A stretch of 64,000 bases of DNA from an uncultured Eubacteriales bacterium (GTDB lineage Bacteria > Bacillota > Clostridia > Oscillospirales > Acutalibacteraceae), in contig CAKSDF010000001.1 in NCBI GenBank assembly GCA_934444695.1, positions 1,446-65,445 on the forward strand. The letters run 5' to 3'. Within the stretch, counting starts at the first letter, position 1. Every line of letters begins with the position of its first letter. Shown piece after piece: positions 48,881 to 58,514 of this stretch. Below the pieces are notes generated by a model, which saw nothing but the letters and a program-made list of their open reading frames with translations, made no database searches and was not told the origin of the DNA. The translations under genes were made by a program, and so were the position numbers.

Positions 48881-48991
48881 TTTCATAAAGAAGTTTGTGC
48901 GGTGTGCTGTATAGTTGCTATGGTATCTGGTCTTTTTCGGCTGTTCGGAATCCCGATTGAGTGCGATTAAATTAAGGCTGTTTTTTCATTC

Positions 48992-49135
48992 GGCCGCTGA
49001 GGCGGTCTCGGCGGGGCCGAGACCGGAGGGAGCAGTGATTTGAAAAATTTACGATAAAGCAAAGCCTTCATTTTAAATTATGCCTGCGGTTTTATCATAG
49101 CCTCCCTCCGATCAGCTTGCGCTGATAGCCTCAGC
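48992..49135 (-). repeat. Four-helix interspersed repeat, copy F (canonical order on the minus strand)
   Basis: Plus strand: GGCCGCTGAGGC / GGTCTCGGCGGGGCCGAGACC / GGAGGGAGC ... GCCTCCCTCCG / ATCAGCTTGCGCTGAT / AGCCTCAGC, followed by TTTTTTT. Confidence 0.8.
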
Positions 49136-49254
49136 TTTTTTGCAGCCCGCCACGATTTGTTCCTTTTTGATTTGGAGATATAGCAGGGTTTATTGTTGCT
49201 GCAAAATGGCAATATTATACAATATATCTGACTTTAAAAGCGGTAGACGGCGTA

Positions 49255-49281
49255 ACATCGGCGGCGGGGCGGCATACAATA
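49255..49281 (+). promoter_or_regulatory. Possible sigma-K-type (mother-cell) promoter upstream of dpaAB
   Basis: AC (49255-49256), 16-nt spacer, CATACAATA (49273-49281). This fits the B. subtilis sigma-K consensus AC-N16/17-CATANNNTA, and spoVF is sigma-K dependent in B. subtilis. Confidence 0.3.
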
Positions 49282-49301
49282 TATTAAAATAAAAAAATGA
49301 G

Positions 49302-50144
49302 GTGAAGCCTTTGGACGATAAAATATATGCTGCCGTCTTCGGTCTTGACGATAGAACAAAACATATTAAAAATGCTCTTGAACAAAGAGGATATGAGGTA
49401 ATTTTGGGTGATCTGTGCGATGGCCGGAAAGACGTCGGGCGATGGATAAACAGCTGCGATATGATATTTTTGCCTGCCCCGTTAACGGCCGACGGGCGCA
49501 GTATTCGGTCGGTCAAAAGCCGGGAGGAGCTGTCGAAATTCTTTCGTTCCCTGCCCAAGGTTCCGATTTTTTGCGGGCGCGCCGACAAAGAAATTATGAA
49601 AGCGGCAGCCGATGCAGGTCTAGAGATATACGACTGCTTTGAGCAGGAAAGCTTTAAGATCAAAAATGCGATTCCCACTGCCGAGGCCGCCATCGGGCTG
49701 GCCATATCCTACACCAAAAACACCCTTTGGAACAGCAAAATCCTCATACTCGGCTATGGCAAAATCGGAAGAGCTCTTGCCTTCAGACTCAAAAATTTCA
49801 CAAGCAGCAGGGTTGGAGTTTGTGCCCGAAAGCAGCACACGAGGACGCAAATCACTTGCGACGGATTGTCCGCAATTGACGATTTGAACGGAGATTTCGG
49901 CAATTTCAACATAGTTTTCAACACTGTTCCGTCCATAATTATCACCAAGGAAATCCTAAAAAACGCAAGGGATGACTGTCTTATTATCGATCTTGCATCC
50001 CGCCCGGGAGGCACCGATTTTGAGGCTGCAAAGGATTTTTCGGTGACTGCCGTGCACGCACTTGCCCTTCCTTCAAAGACCGCGCCTCTTGCTGCGGCCG
50101 ATATTTTTGTTGACACGGCCCTGAAAATTTTTAATGGGAGGTGA
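49302..50144 (+). CDS. dpaA: Dipicolinate synthase subunit A
   Basis: 280 aa. The start is GTG 49302 or TTG 49311. Rossmann motif ILGYGKIGRALAFRL, and it is adjacent to dpaB. Confidence 0.8.
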   Translation: MKPLDDKIYAAVFGLDDRTKHIKNALEQRGYEVILGDLCDGRKDVGRWINSCDMIFLPAPLTADGRSIRSVKSREELSKFFRSLPKVPIFCGRADKEIMKAAADAGLEIYDCFEQESFKIKNAIPTAEAAIGLAISYTKNTLWNSKILILGYGKIGRALAFRLKNFTSSRVGVCARKQHTRTQITCDGLSAIDDLNGDFGNFNIVFNTVPSIIITKEILKNARDDCLIIDLASRPGGTDFEAAKDFSVTAVHALALPSKTAPLAAADIFVDTALKIFNGR

Positions 50145-50148
50145 TAAA

Positions 50149-50721
50149 ATGAACAAGCTGAAAATAGGTTTTGGCATATGCGGTTCCTTTTGTACATTCC
50201 ACCGCATTTTCCCCATTCTGCAGCAGCTTAAAGAGGCGGGATACGACATCTATCCCATAATGTCAAAAGCGGCCTTTACCACCGATACGAGGTTTGGAAA
50301 AAGCGCCGAAATAAACCAAAAAATCGAGGAAATATGCGGGAGAGAGATAATTTCCACACTGTCGGCCGCCGAGCCCATCGGTCCCAAAAAAATGCTTGAT
50401 ATAATGGCCGTGGTGCCCTGTACCGGCAACACCCTTGGCAAGCTTTCCTGCGGCATAACCGACACCCCCGTTACCCTTGCCGTCAAGGCTCATCTGCGCA
50501 ATTCCCGCCCGGTGGTCATAGCCGTTTCAACCAACGACGCACTGGCCGCATCGGCGCAAAATATCGGCAGGCTGCTCAACAATCGCAACATCTTCTTTGT
50601 GCCCATGAAGGAGGATGATCCGCAAAACAAACCCACCTCCCTTGTGGCCGATTTTTCGAGGGTTGCCGAGGCCATTGAGAGGGCGCAGTACGGTCAGCAG
50701 CTCCATCCGTTGTTTGCATAG
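50149..50721 (+). CDS. dpaB: Dipicolinate synthase subunit B (flavoprotein)
   Basis: ATG at 50149 (MNKLKIGFGICGSFCTF). About 190 aa, flavoprotein fold pattern. Confidence 0.85.
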   Translation: MNKLKIGFGICGSFCTFHRIFPILQQLKEAGYDIYPIMSKAAFTTDTRFGKSAEINQKIEEICGREIISTLSAAEPIGPKKMLDIMAVVPCTGNTLGKLSCGITDTPVTLAVKAHLRNSRPVVIAVSTNDALAASAQNIGRLLNNRNIFFVPMKEDDPQNKPTSLVADFSRVAEAIERAQYGQQLHPLFA

Positions 50722-50817
50722 CAAGGTTGATCGTGCTGCCTTGCGGTTTAATCATCTTTTTTTGCATCGATAGTGTTTCTTTATAAAGAAAATGCTTATG
50801 GCTTTATCCCCCGTCCC

Positions 50818-50966
50818 GCCGCCGAGGCCAGTCCCGGCAAGACCGGGACCGGAGGGAGCAGCTATTTGCAGACTTACCAACAAAGCAAGACCTGCCTAAA
50901 AAAACACATCCACAGATTTAGCGCAGCCTCCCTCCGATCAGCTTGCGCTGATTGCCTCGGCTGGGC
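50818..50966 (-). repeat. Four-helix interspersed repeat, copy G (canonical order on the minus strand)
   Basis: Plus strand: GCCGCCGAGGCC / AGTCCCGGCAAGACCGGGAC / CGGAGGGAGC ... GCCTCCCTCCG / ATCAGCTTGCGCTGAT / TGCCTCGGCTGGGC. Confidence 0.8.
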
Positions 50967-51300
50967 TGTGCGTTAACCCATATGGTTTCAGATCCCGTAA
51001 GCCTTTGGCCGATCCTGTCCAATTTTCATTATTCTCATTATGGCTGCGATGCCCGGCGTGCGGTCTCGCATTTTCCGCAAAAAAGCTTCACTAAAAAACG
51101 CAAAAAAATAACAGGTTGGGATAAACGTGCTTTGTAATAAAGCGGTTTTTCTCAACCTGTTTAAAATTTAATTGATGGGATGTTGTCCCGTTTGATTTTG
51201 CCTGTCGGTCGGTTCGGCGAGTCGGTCGGTTTTTGGTAATCGGTCGATTTTCCGACTATCTGCCGATTCCCCGGCTGCCGGCCGGTATTTTGATTAAGCC

Positions 51301-52854
51301 TTACTTTGCGTAATCAACGGCGCGGCTTTCGCGGATGACGTTTACCTTGACCTGACCGGGATAATCAAGCTCGTTTTCGATCTTCTTGACGATATCCCTG
51401 GCCGTAATGACCATCTGATCGTCGGAAATGACCTCGGGCTTGACCATTATGCGTATCTCGCGGCCGGCCTGAATGGCGTAGGAGGATTCAACTCCGTTAA
51501 AGGAATTGGCGATCTCCTCGAGCTTTTCGAGACGCTTGATGTAGTTTTCGATGTTCTCTCTTCTGGCGCCGGGTCGGGCTGCCGAAATGGCATCGGCCGC
51601 CTGAACCAAGCAGGCAATGACCGTTTTGGCCTCAACGTCGCCGTGGTGGGCGTGTATTGCGTGTACCACCGCTTCGCTTTCGCGGTATCTCTTGGCCACT
51701 TCAACGCCCAGCTGAATGTGGGAGCCTTCCATCTCGTGGTCGAGAGCCTTACCGATATCGTGGAGCAGTCCTGCGCGGCGGGCAAGGGTTTCATCCTCGC
51801 CAAGCTCTGCCGCAAGCAGTCCGGCAAGATATGCAACCTCAAGAGAGTGGTTAAGCACATTCTGACCGTAGCTTGTGCGGTAGTGCAACTTTCCGAGCAG
51901 CTTGACAAGCTCGGGATGTATGTTGTGTATTCCCACCTCGAGGATGGCACGCTCGCCTTCCTTCTTGATGGTGTGTTCAACCTCACGCTTGGCCTTTTCA
52001 ACCATATCCTCAATGCGGGCGGGATGGATGCGTCCGTCGGCAATGAGTTTTTCAAGGGTCAGTCTTGCGATCTCGCGGCGCACCGGTTCAAAGCAGGAAA
52101 GGGTTATGGCCTCGGGTGTGTCGTCGATGATTAGGTCGACGCCGGTAGCGGTTTCGATTGCACGGATATTTCGTCCTTCGCGGCCGATTATGCGGCCTTT
52201 CATATCATCGTTGGGCAGCGGAACCACCGAAACGGTTGCCTCGGAGGAATGGTCGGCTGCACAGCGTTGTATGCACTGGGATAAAATGTGACGGCTCTTT
52301 TCGTCCGCCTCGTCTTTGAGTCTTTGCTCGTAGTTACGGATGAGCACGGCCTTGTCGTGGTCAAGCTCGCCCTCAAGATTTTTAAGCAGGTAATCCTTGG
52401 CCTGCTCGGTGGTCAGTCCGGAAATGCGTTCGAGCATTTCAAACTGGCGTTTTTTAAGTTCCTCGGCCTCGTTCATACGGCTTTCAATTTCCTTCTGACG
52501 GGCGCGGAGGGCCTCCTCTTTCTTCTCGATGTTATCGGTTTTCTTATCGAGAGATTCTTCCTTTTGCTGGAGCCTGCGCTCCTGGCGCTGCAGCTCGCTG
52601 CGGCGCTCGCGGTTTTCCTTTTCGGATTCGGTTCGCAAACGATGAATTTCATCCTTTGCCTCAAGAATGGTTTCCTTCTTCTTAGCTTCGGCGTTTTTGA
52701 GAGCGTCGTTAAGTATCCGCTTGGATTCCTCCTCGGCGGAACCAAGTATGCCCTCGGCTTTTTTCTTGCGGTGACTTATTCCGGCGAAAAAACATACAAT
52801 GCCGAGCACAAGTCCGCCGACCGCAAAGCCGATCAATAGCGATACAATGTCCAT
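51301..52854 (-). CDS. rny: Ribonuclease Y
   Basis: 517 aa. N-terminal TM, Lys/Glu coiled coil, KH domain ([15 protein letters not shown]) and HD domain (LLHDIGKA). Confidence 0.95.
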   Translation of the reverse strand: MDIVSLLIGFAVGGLVLGIVCFFAGISHRKKKAEGILGSAEEESKRILNDALKNAEAKKKETILEAKDEIHRLRTESEKENRERRSELQRQERRLQQKEESLDKKTDNIEKKEEALRARQKEIESRMNEAEELKKRQFEMLERISGLTTEQAKDYLLKNLEGELDHDKAVLIRNYEQRLKDEADEKSRHILSQCIQRCAADHSSEATVSVVPLPNDDMKGRIIGREGRNIRAIETATGVDLIIDDTPEAITLSCFEPVRREIARLTLEKLIADGRIHPARIEDMVEKAKREVEHTIKKEGERAILEVGIHNIHPELVKLLGKLHYRTSYGQNVLNHSLEVAYLAGLLAAELGEDETLARRAGLLHDIGKALDHEMEGSHIQLGVEVAKRYRESEAVVHAIHAHHGDVEAKTVIACLVQAADAISAARPGARRENIENYIKRLEKLEEIANSFNGVESSYAIQAGREIRIMVKPEVISDDQMVITARDIVKKIENELDYPGQVKVNVIRESRAVDYAK

Positions 52855-53030
52855 GGGTTTTTAACCTCCTATATATTAACCGCAATTTTTTCGGCAAAAT
52901 TCGTCAAGATGTTTACGCCGTAAACGGGCCTGCGGTCGATGCCCGGTCAAATGGGTGCTGCGACAGAAGGGAGTATCGCCTGAACACAATTCCCGATACT
53001 ACCGCAACATACATATATAATAATATAAAA

Positions 53031-53087
53031 AACAGAAAAAGTCAAGGAGAATAGCGGCAAGTCGCACAAATTACCCTTGACTTTTTT
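53031..53087 (-). terminator. Rho-independent (bidirectional-looking) terminator downstream of mtaB
   Basis: GTCAAGG ...27 nt... CCTTGAC, flanked by an A-run (53036-53040) and a T-run (53082-53087). On minus it is followed by TTTTTCTGTTTTTT. Confidence 0.55.
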
Positions 53088-53274
53088 ATAGAAGTGTTAT
53101 AAAAATTTGATTTCTTAATGTCGGTATGTTCTAAAACATTTAAATTGTTCTTTTGCGGCCGTTTTTTGTTGCAGAAAGTCTTACTGCGGCTCGGTCAAAA
53201 CTGCCTTTTGCCGGCTCCTTATGCCTTGGGCGCCGCGCCTGGTTAAGGCTTTTACCTTTAGTGTGCAAAGCCGG

Positions 53275-54564
53275 TCATTTTACTATCTCGCCAAAACATC
53301 CTTCTTCGTTACTTTCGGTTATTTTAACCGGCACAATCTCGCCTTTAAGGCCATCATCGGCCTTTACCTTAACGGGAGTGTAATTCTCGGTGTATCCTTC
53401 AAAAAATCCGTCCTTTTGCTGCTCGAAAAGCACATTTTCGATTCTTCCGACCTGGGCGGCGAAAAATTCTTCTGCACACTTTGCCGCAACCTTTGAAAGC
53501 GCCTTGCTTCGGGCGGTTTTAACCTGCTCATCCACCTGATTTTCCATTTGGGCGGCGGGGGTGCCCTCCCTTCTCGAATAGCAGAAGATGTGCACCTTTG
53601 AAAATCCTATTTCCTTTACAAAATCCAACGTCTCGTTAAATTCTTGCTCGGTCTCTCCGGGAAAGCCGGTCATTATGTCGGTGGTTACTGAACAGTTTTC
53701 AAAGCGGGCGCGTATGTCGGAAATTATGCGGCGGTAGAGGGCGGTGTCGTATTTGCGGTTCATCCGTTTGAGCACGCCGTCGCTGCCCGATTGGAGCGAA
53801 AGATGAAACTGGCCGCACAGCTTTTTGACCGATTTAAGGCCGTCAAGTACATCGGGTGTCAGCTGATCGGGCTCGAGAGAACCGAGTCTTAACCGTTCGA
53901 TACCCTCAACGTCGGCCGCCTTTATTCCGTCGGGAAGGGTCAGGCCGATGTCGCTTCCGTAAGCCGAAAGGTTTATGCCGGCAATAACCGCCTCTTTATA
54001 TCCTGCCGCTGCAAAAGCGGTCAGTTCTTCTGTTATGCGCTCGGGAGATTTTGAACGCACCCTGCCCCTTGCATATGGCACGATGCAGTAGCTGCAAAAG
54101 CGGTTGCATCCGTCCTCGATCTTTACAAAGGCTCTGGTTCTTCCCTCAAAGCTGTGGGAGCTTAGGGGGGATATCTTTTCGTGCGGCTGGTGGGGTTTGC
54201 TTTCGACGATCTTGTCCCGTTTTGCTATAAATTTTTTAACAAGGGCGGGAAGCTCGGAATTTAGGGCGTTTCCGATGATTATGTCGGCATCGGTCAGGGT
54301 TTTGGCCTTTTCGGGACGGGCCTGGGGCATACATCCGGTGACGGCTATAACGGCGGCGGGATACTGCCGGCGCATTTTTCTTACCGTCTGGCGGGTCTTT
54401 CGGTCGCTTTCGGCCGTTACGGTGCAGGAATTTACCACGACAATGTCGGGAATGTCCTCCCCTTCGTTAACCGAAAGAATGTCGTCGCAGGCAAAAAGCT
54501 CCCGCAGCGTCTCGGTGTCGTACCGATTGACCTTGCAGCCCAAGGTTTTAAAAAGCACCTTCAT
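53275..54564 (-). CDS. mtaB: Radical-SAM tRNA methylthiotransferase, MtaB-like
   Basis: N-terminal TLGCKVNRYDTE, radical-SAM CNRFCSYCIVP, and a C-terminal TRAM-like domain. Confidence 0.75.
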   Translation of the reverse strand: MKVLFKTLGCKVNRYDTETLRELFACDDILSVNEGEDIPDIVVVNSCTVTAESDRKTRQTVRKMRRQYPAAVIAVTGCMPQARPEKAKTLTDADIIIGNALNSELPALVKKFIAKRDKIVESKPHQPHEKISPLSSHSFEGRTRAFVKIEDGCNRFCSYCIVPYARGRVRSKSPERITEELTAFAAAGYKEAVIAGINLSAYGSDIGLTLPDGIKAADVEGIERLRLGSLEPDQLTPDVLDGLKSVKKLCGQFHLSLQSGSDGVLKRMNRKYDTALYRRIISDIRARFENCSVTTDIMTGFPGETEQEFNETLDFVKEIGFSKVHIFCYSRREGTPAAQMENQVDEQVKTARSKALSKVAAKCAEEFFAAQVGRIENVLFEQQKDGFFEGYTENYTPVKVKADDGLKGEIVPVKITESNEEGCFGEIVK

Positions 54565-54869
54565 CTGATTTTAAGCTCCTTTGCCGAAAGAAGCTTAGGT
54601 TCCTTTTCGTCGGGACGGAAAAGCACAAAGCGGGAGCCGATTACCTGCACCACGTCGGCACCGGTGGCATCGGCAAGGCTGTCGGCCGCCTCTCTGGCGG
54701 TTACGGGAGAGCTTTCCAGCACCCGCATTTTTATCATTTCCCGCTTTTTAAGGGCTTCGTCGGCCTGCTTTATTGTTTGGTCGGTGATTCCGCCGTGGCC
54801 TATCTGAAAAATGGTTTCGTATTTGTTGGCGATGCCGCGCAGGGCGGCTCTTTGTTTACTTGTAAGCAT
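54561..54869 (-). CDS. yhbY: YhbY-family (CRM domain) RNA-binding protein
   Basis: 102 aa. LTSKQRAALRGIANKYETIFQIGHGGIT pattern. Has a 4-nt overlap with mtaB. Confidence 0.8.
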   Translation of the reverse strand: MLTSKQRAALRGIANKYETIFQIGHGGITDQTIKQADEALKKREMIKMRVLESSPVTAREAADSLADATGADVVQVIGSRFVLFRPDEKEPKLLSAKELKIR

Positions 54870-54904
54870 TGTTATCTTTCCTTGTGTTTTATTTTTTGTG
54901 GATT

Positions 54905-55516
54905 TTATTTTTCAGCCAAGAAGCTTTTAAGCTCTTTAAGGCATTTGTCAAGGGCCTTGCCCCTATGGCTGACGGCGTCCTTTTGTTCGCCGGTCATTTT
55001 GCCGAAGCTTTTGCCCTCGTATAAAAAGACGGGATCATATCCGAATCCGCCTTCGCCCTCTTTTTCAAAGGCGATTTTGCCGGCTGTCTCTCCCCTGACC
55101 GTAAACTGCCGTCCGTCTGGGAAAACGCAGGCGATGGCCGAAACGAATTTCGCTCCTCTGTCGGATTCCTTTACCCCGTCAAGCTCTTTAAGGAGCTTTG
55201 AAATGCGCTCGTCGTCGGTGTCGGCGTATCTTGCAGAATATATGCCCGGGCGGCCGTCGAGAGCGTCGACGCACAGCCCCGAGTCGTCGGCAAAGGCGGC
55301 AAGCCCGCTCTGCTCGCAGGCGTATTTTGCCTTTATGAGGGCGTTTTGTTCGAAGGTTTGGCCGTTTTCGACCGCCCCTTCCATATCTATGGAAAGCTCT
55401 TTTGCCGATACGGCGCAAAAGTCACGGGTGCTGTCCGATTGCTCGGAAAGCCGTTTTAGCATTCGGGAAAATTCCTCAACCTTGTGGGAATTTCCGGTGG
55501 CGATAACAAATTTCAT
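54905..55516 (-). CDS. rdgB: Non-canonical purine NTP pyrophosphatase (RdgB/HAM1 family)
   Basis: The ORF extends to 55594. ATG at 55516 (MKFVIATGNSHKVEEF) follows an AGGAAAGGTG RBS. FGYDPVF motif. Confidence 0.85.
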   Translation of the reverse strand: MKFVIATGNSHKVEEFSRMLKRLSEQSDSTRDFCAVSAKELSIDMEGAVENGQTFEQNALIKAKYACEQSGLAAFADDSGLCVDALDGRPGIYSARYADTDDERISKLLKELDGVKESDRGAKFVSAIACVFPDGRQFTVRGETAGKIAFEKEGEGGFGYDPVFLYEGKSFGKMTGEQKDAVSHRGKALDKCLKELKSFLAEK

Positions 55517-55521
55517 AAGCT

Positions 55522-56184
55522 TCACCTTTCCTCGGGGTCGAAGGAGGTCAAAAAGAGCACGCTGCGTTCCAGCGAATCTCTTGAATTTCCCCAATCGGCA
55601 TCCTCGCCGTTGTTGCGGTAGTCAAACATATCGCAAAAGTGCTTAACATCCTTGTGAAGCTCCTCTATGGACGAAAGGGTCAGCTTTTTGGCCGCGTCCT
55701 TGAATTCTCCCTTAAATCTGCGGCCCATTTTCTTGTCGGCCGCGGCGGTCAGCTCGTAATAATGCTTTAAGCAGAGGGTTTCCTGCTGCTCAAAAAGCTT
55801 GCGGAAGTCCATATCGGCCTCGTATTTTTTTATGGTGTTGGAAATGAGGGAGGCCATATTGCGATCCACCTCGTCGCATATAAAGCAGCTGTCCTTTTCG
55901 GCCGATTTAAGGGGAGATTTAATGCTCTTTTCCACCTCTTTAAGATGGCTTTCGAGCATTAAAGCCACCGAAAGCCGCCGCTGCTGCTTGAGGATCATTT
56001 TAAAGTGGCGAAAGCAAAATCCCTTTTGGTTGGTCACCTTTCTGACCTCCGGCTCCATCATTGCCGCGCCGGTTATGTAGTCGGCCATACGCTTTTCGAG
56101 CATATCTCTCATTCGGCAGACGGGGCAGCCCTCTTTAGGTTCAAAGACCTCCTCAACGGGTATCGAGCAAATATCCGATCTCAT
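55522..56184 (-). CDS. Cys-rich conserved hypothetical protein (DUF6062-like, from memory)
   Basis: The ORF extends to 56289. ATG at 56184 follows GAGGTG. CPVC, FCFRH, CFIC and LCLKH motifs suggest two zinc sites. Confidence 0.45.
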   Translation of the reverse strand: MRSDICSIPVEEVFEPKEGCPVCRMRDMLEKRMADYITGAAMMEPEVRKVTNQKGFCFRHFKMILKQQRRLSVALMLESHLKEVEKSIKSPLKSAEKDSCFICDEVDRNMASLISNTIKKYEADMDFRKLFEQQETLCLKHYYELTAAADKKMGRRFKGEFKDAAKKLTLSSIEELHKDVKHFCDMFDYRNNGEDADWGNSRDSLERSVLFLTSFDPEER

Positions 56185-56304
56185 AAAATCACCTCGTTTT
56201 GATGTGGGAATAAAAATGTATTTAATATAATTTTTGCTTTTAAGTCGGTCGGCGGCGGGCTGTTTGGCGATTAAAGTCCGCTGTCGCAACCGCTGCAGCG
56301 CTTA

Positions 56305-57306
56305 TTAAAGCTCCCCGTCGTAAAGGGTTGCGGCAAGCACCGCTTTTATGGTGTGCATACGGTTTTCGGCCTCGGTGAAAACCACCGAGCGGGGACTTTC
56401 AAACACCTCGTCGGTGACCTCCATTTCCTCACGGCCGAATTTTTCGCACATTTCCTTGCCGATGGTGGTTTTCTTGTCGTGATATGAGGGCAGGCAGTGC
56501 ATAAACACGCCGTCCTCGGCCGCAAGGCTCATAATTTCCGAATTGACCTGATAGGGTGCGAGATCGTTGATTCTCTCCTGCCATACCTCCACCGGCTCGC
56601 CCATGGAAACCCATATGTCGGTGTAGATGACGTTGGCGCCTTTTGCCGCGATTTTTGGATTTGTCTCAAAGGTTATGCTGCCGCCGCTTTGAGCCGCAAG
56701 GGCCTTGCACTGCTCGATAAGATCTTTTTCGGGCATATATTTTTCGGGGCAGCAGCCGACGAAATCCAGTCCCATTTTGGCGCAGCCCACCATCAGGGAA
56801 TTGCCCATATTGTATCTGGCGTCTCCCATATAAACGAATTTGATGCCCTTAAGACGGCCGAAAATCTCCTTAACGGTCAGAAAATCGGCAAGTATCTGGG
56901 TGGGATGAAATTCGTTTGTAAGGCCGTTCCATACCGGCACCTTTGCGTAATCGGCCAGCTGTTCAACAATGGCCTGACCGTATCCTCTATATTCTATGCC
57001 GTCGAAAATTCCCGAAAGAACACGGGCGGTGTCGGCGATGCTTTCCTTTTTGCCGATTTGGGAGCCGGTGGGATCGAGATAGGTGGTTCTCATACCGAGA
57101 TCTCCCGCCGCCACCTCAAAGCTGCATCTCGTGCGGGTGCTGGTTTTTTCAAAAATGAGGGCTATGTGCTTTCCCTTTAAAACGTCGTGGGCAATGCCCT
57201 CTTTCTTTTGCTTTTTAAGCCGCGCCGCAAGATCGATGAGATATCCGATCTCTTCGGACGAAAAATCCAGCAGCTTTAAAAAGTCTCTTCCCTTTAAATT
57301 GTACAT
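56305..57306 (-). CDS. argF: Ornithine carbamoyltransferase
   Basis: 333 aa. STRTR carbamoyl-phosphate motif ([13 protein letters not shown]), DxxRxMG-like region and HCLP motif. Confidence 0.85.
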   Translation of the reverse strand: MYNLKGRDFLKLLDFSSEEIGYLIDLAARLKKQKKEGIAHDVLKGKHIALIFEKTSTRTRCSFEVAAGDLGMRTTYLDPTGSQIGKKESIADTARVLSGIFDGIEYRGYGQAIVEQLADYAKVPVWNGLTNEFHPTQILADFLTVKEIFGRLKGIKFVYMGDARYNMGNSLMVGCAKMGLDFVGCCPEKYMPEKDLIEQCKALAAQSGGSITFETNPKIAAKGANVIYTDIWVSMGEPVEVWQERINDLAPYQVNSEIMSLAAEDGVFMHCLPSYHDKKTTIGKEMCEKFGREEMEVTDEVFESPRSVVFTEAENRMHTIKAVLAATLYDGEL

Positions 57307-57426
57307 AATATCCTTCCTTTCGGGAGATTGTTTAAGTTTTTGTTTGTATTTAAAATCGGTTTTTGATGGTTGGTTTTTTGTTTAAAACAGGGCAGGTTTT
57401 GCGGCCGAAAAATATGCTTTAAAAAA

Positions 57427-57442
57427 TGTTTCACGTGAAACA
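57427..57442. promoter_or_regulatory. parS: parS, perfect TGTTTCACGTGAAACA
   Basis: Exact 16-mer, intergenic upstream of argF. Confidence 0.85.
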
Positions 57443-57647
57443 TCGATCGCTGAACCCCGCATTTTTACTGGGTAAATCGACATTCGACCGTACACTTTTC
57501 GACCGTTTTTGCAAGTTCAAATCGGTGCTTTAACCGTCGGCTTTCGTCGGCTGATTTTAATTATTATAATCGTTTTTTTGCCGTTTTTACCTGCCCGTCG
57601 GTCATCGCGGGTTTGAGACGGCATCAACCGGGCCTTTCCGGCAGGCT

Positions 57648-58409
57648 TTAAAACTGGGAATAATAATCCCCGTTGTCCTTTTTCTTTTTGGTCTCCCTGC
57701 GCCTTGTGGCTATGGCAAAGACCGCCACCCCGATTATGGCGATAACAACCACAACAATGGCGATGGTCGAGTATCTTACCCGCGCATCGGCCTGCTCCTG
57801 GGTCTCGGTGTTGGAGATGGTCTTTGTTATATAGGCCGTGTCGAATATCGATTGGGCCTGCGCTTTATCCTGCTCGGTCATTTCGGGAGCGTAGTACATA
57901 ATGGAATACTGCAGGCCGTTTTTGACGGTGGTCATAAATATGGTGTCGGTGGTTCTGCTGCCCGAAGAGGCAAGCTCAATGTATATGTAGTGGCCGTCCC
58001 CCTGGTCGACCTCGGTTTTGGAGGTTACCTCATAGCCGTTGCCGTTGAAGGAAGATGCAAGGGTCTTGTAAACCTCTACAATCCTGTCGCTGTCGGAAGC
58101 TTTAAGCTCCCATATGTCGATGGTGACCTCGCTGCCGAAGATGGCCACGCTGCAGGTGCGCCCGCTTTGGTCCTTGGCATAATAAACCCCGCCGTCATCA
58201 TTCTTAAAGGTGGTGAGCACATCGGGGTCTATGTTATATTCCGAAAGGGCAGGATCGTCGGTCGAAAGGTCGGCCATTTCAAAGACCCTCATGCTTTCGG
58301 GAAAGGAAATTTTAAAGTAGCTTTCGGCATCTTCATACTGGGTCATCCCGCAGGACGAAAGACAAAGCAGCATTACCGCCGCCGTCAGCAGACATAAAAA
58401 TCGTTTCAT
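57648..58409 (-). CDS. Putative lipoprotein with a C-terminal TM anchor, unknown function
   Basis: Signal peptide with lipobox-like LSSC, plus a C-terminal hydrophobic helix and basic tail (IAIVVVVIAIIGVAVFAIATRRRETKKKK). Confidence 0.5.
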   Translation of the reverse strand: MKRFLCLLTAAVMLLCLSSCGMTQYEDAESYFKISFPESMRVFEMADLSTDDPALSEYNIDPDVLTTFKNDDGGVYYAKDQSGRTCSVAIFGSEVTIDIWELKASDSDRIVEVYKTLASSFNGNGYEVTSKTEVDQGDGHYIYIELASSGSRTTDTIFMTTVKNGLQYSIMYYAPEMTEQDKAQAQSIFDTAYITKTISNTETQEQADARVRYSTIAIVVVVIAIIGVAVFAIATRRRETKKKKDNGDYYSQF

Positions 58410-58514
58410 TTTTTAAAGCTCCTTTTGAGTTTTTAAGGGTGTTTTTGATTTCGGACGGAATGTGCAATGTGCAGAGGGCTTTTGTCAACGCTCAAGAAGG
58501 AAAGTCTTAACCAA

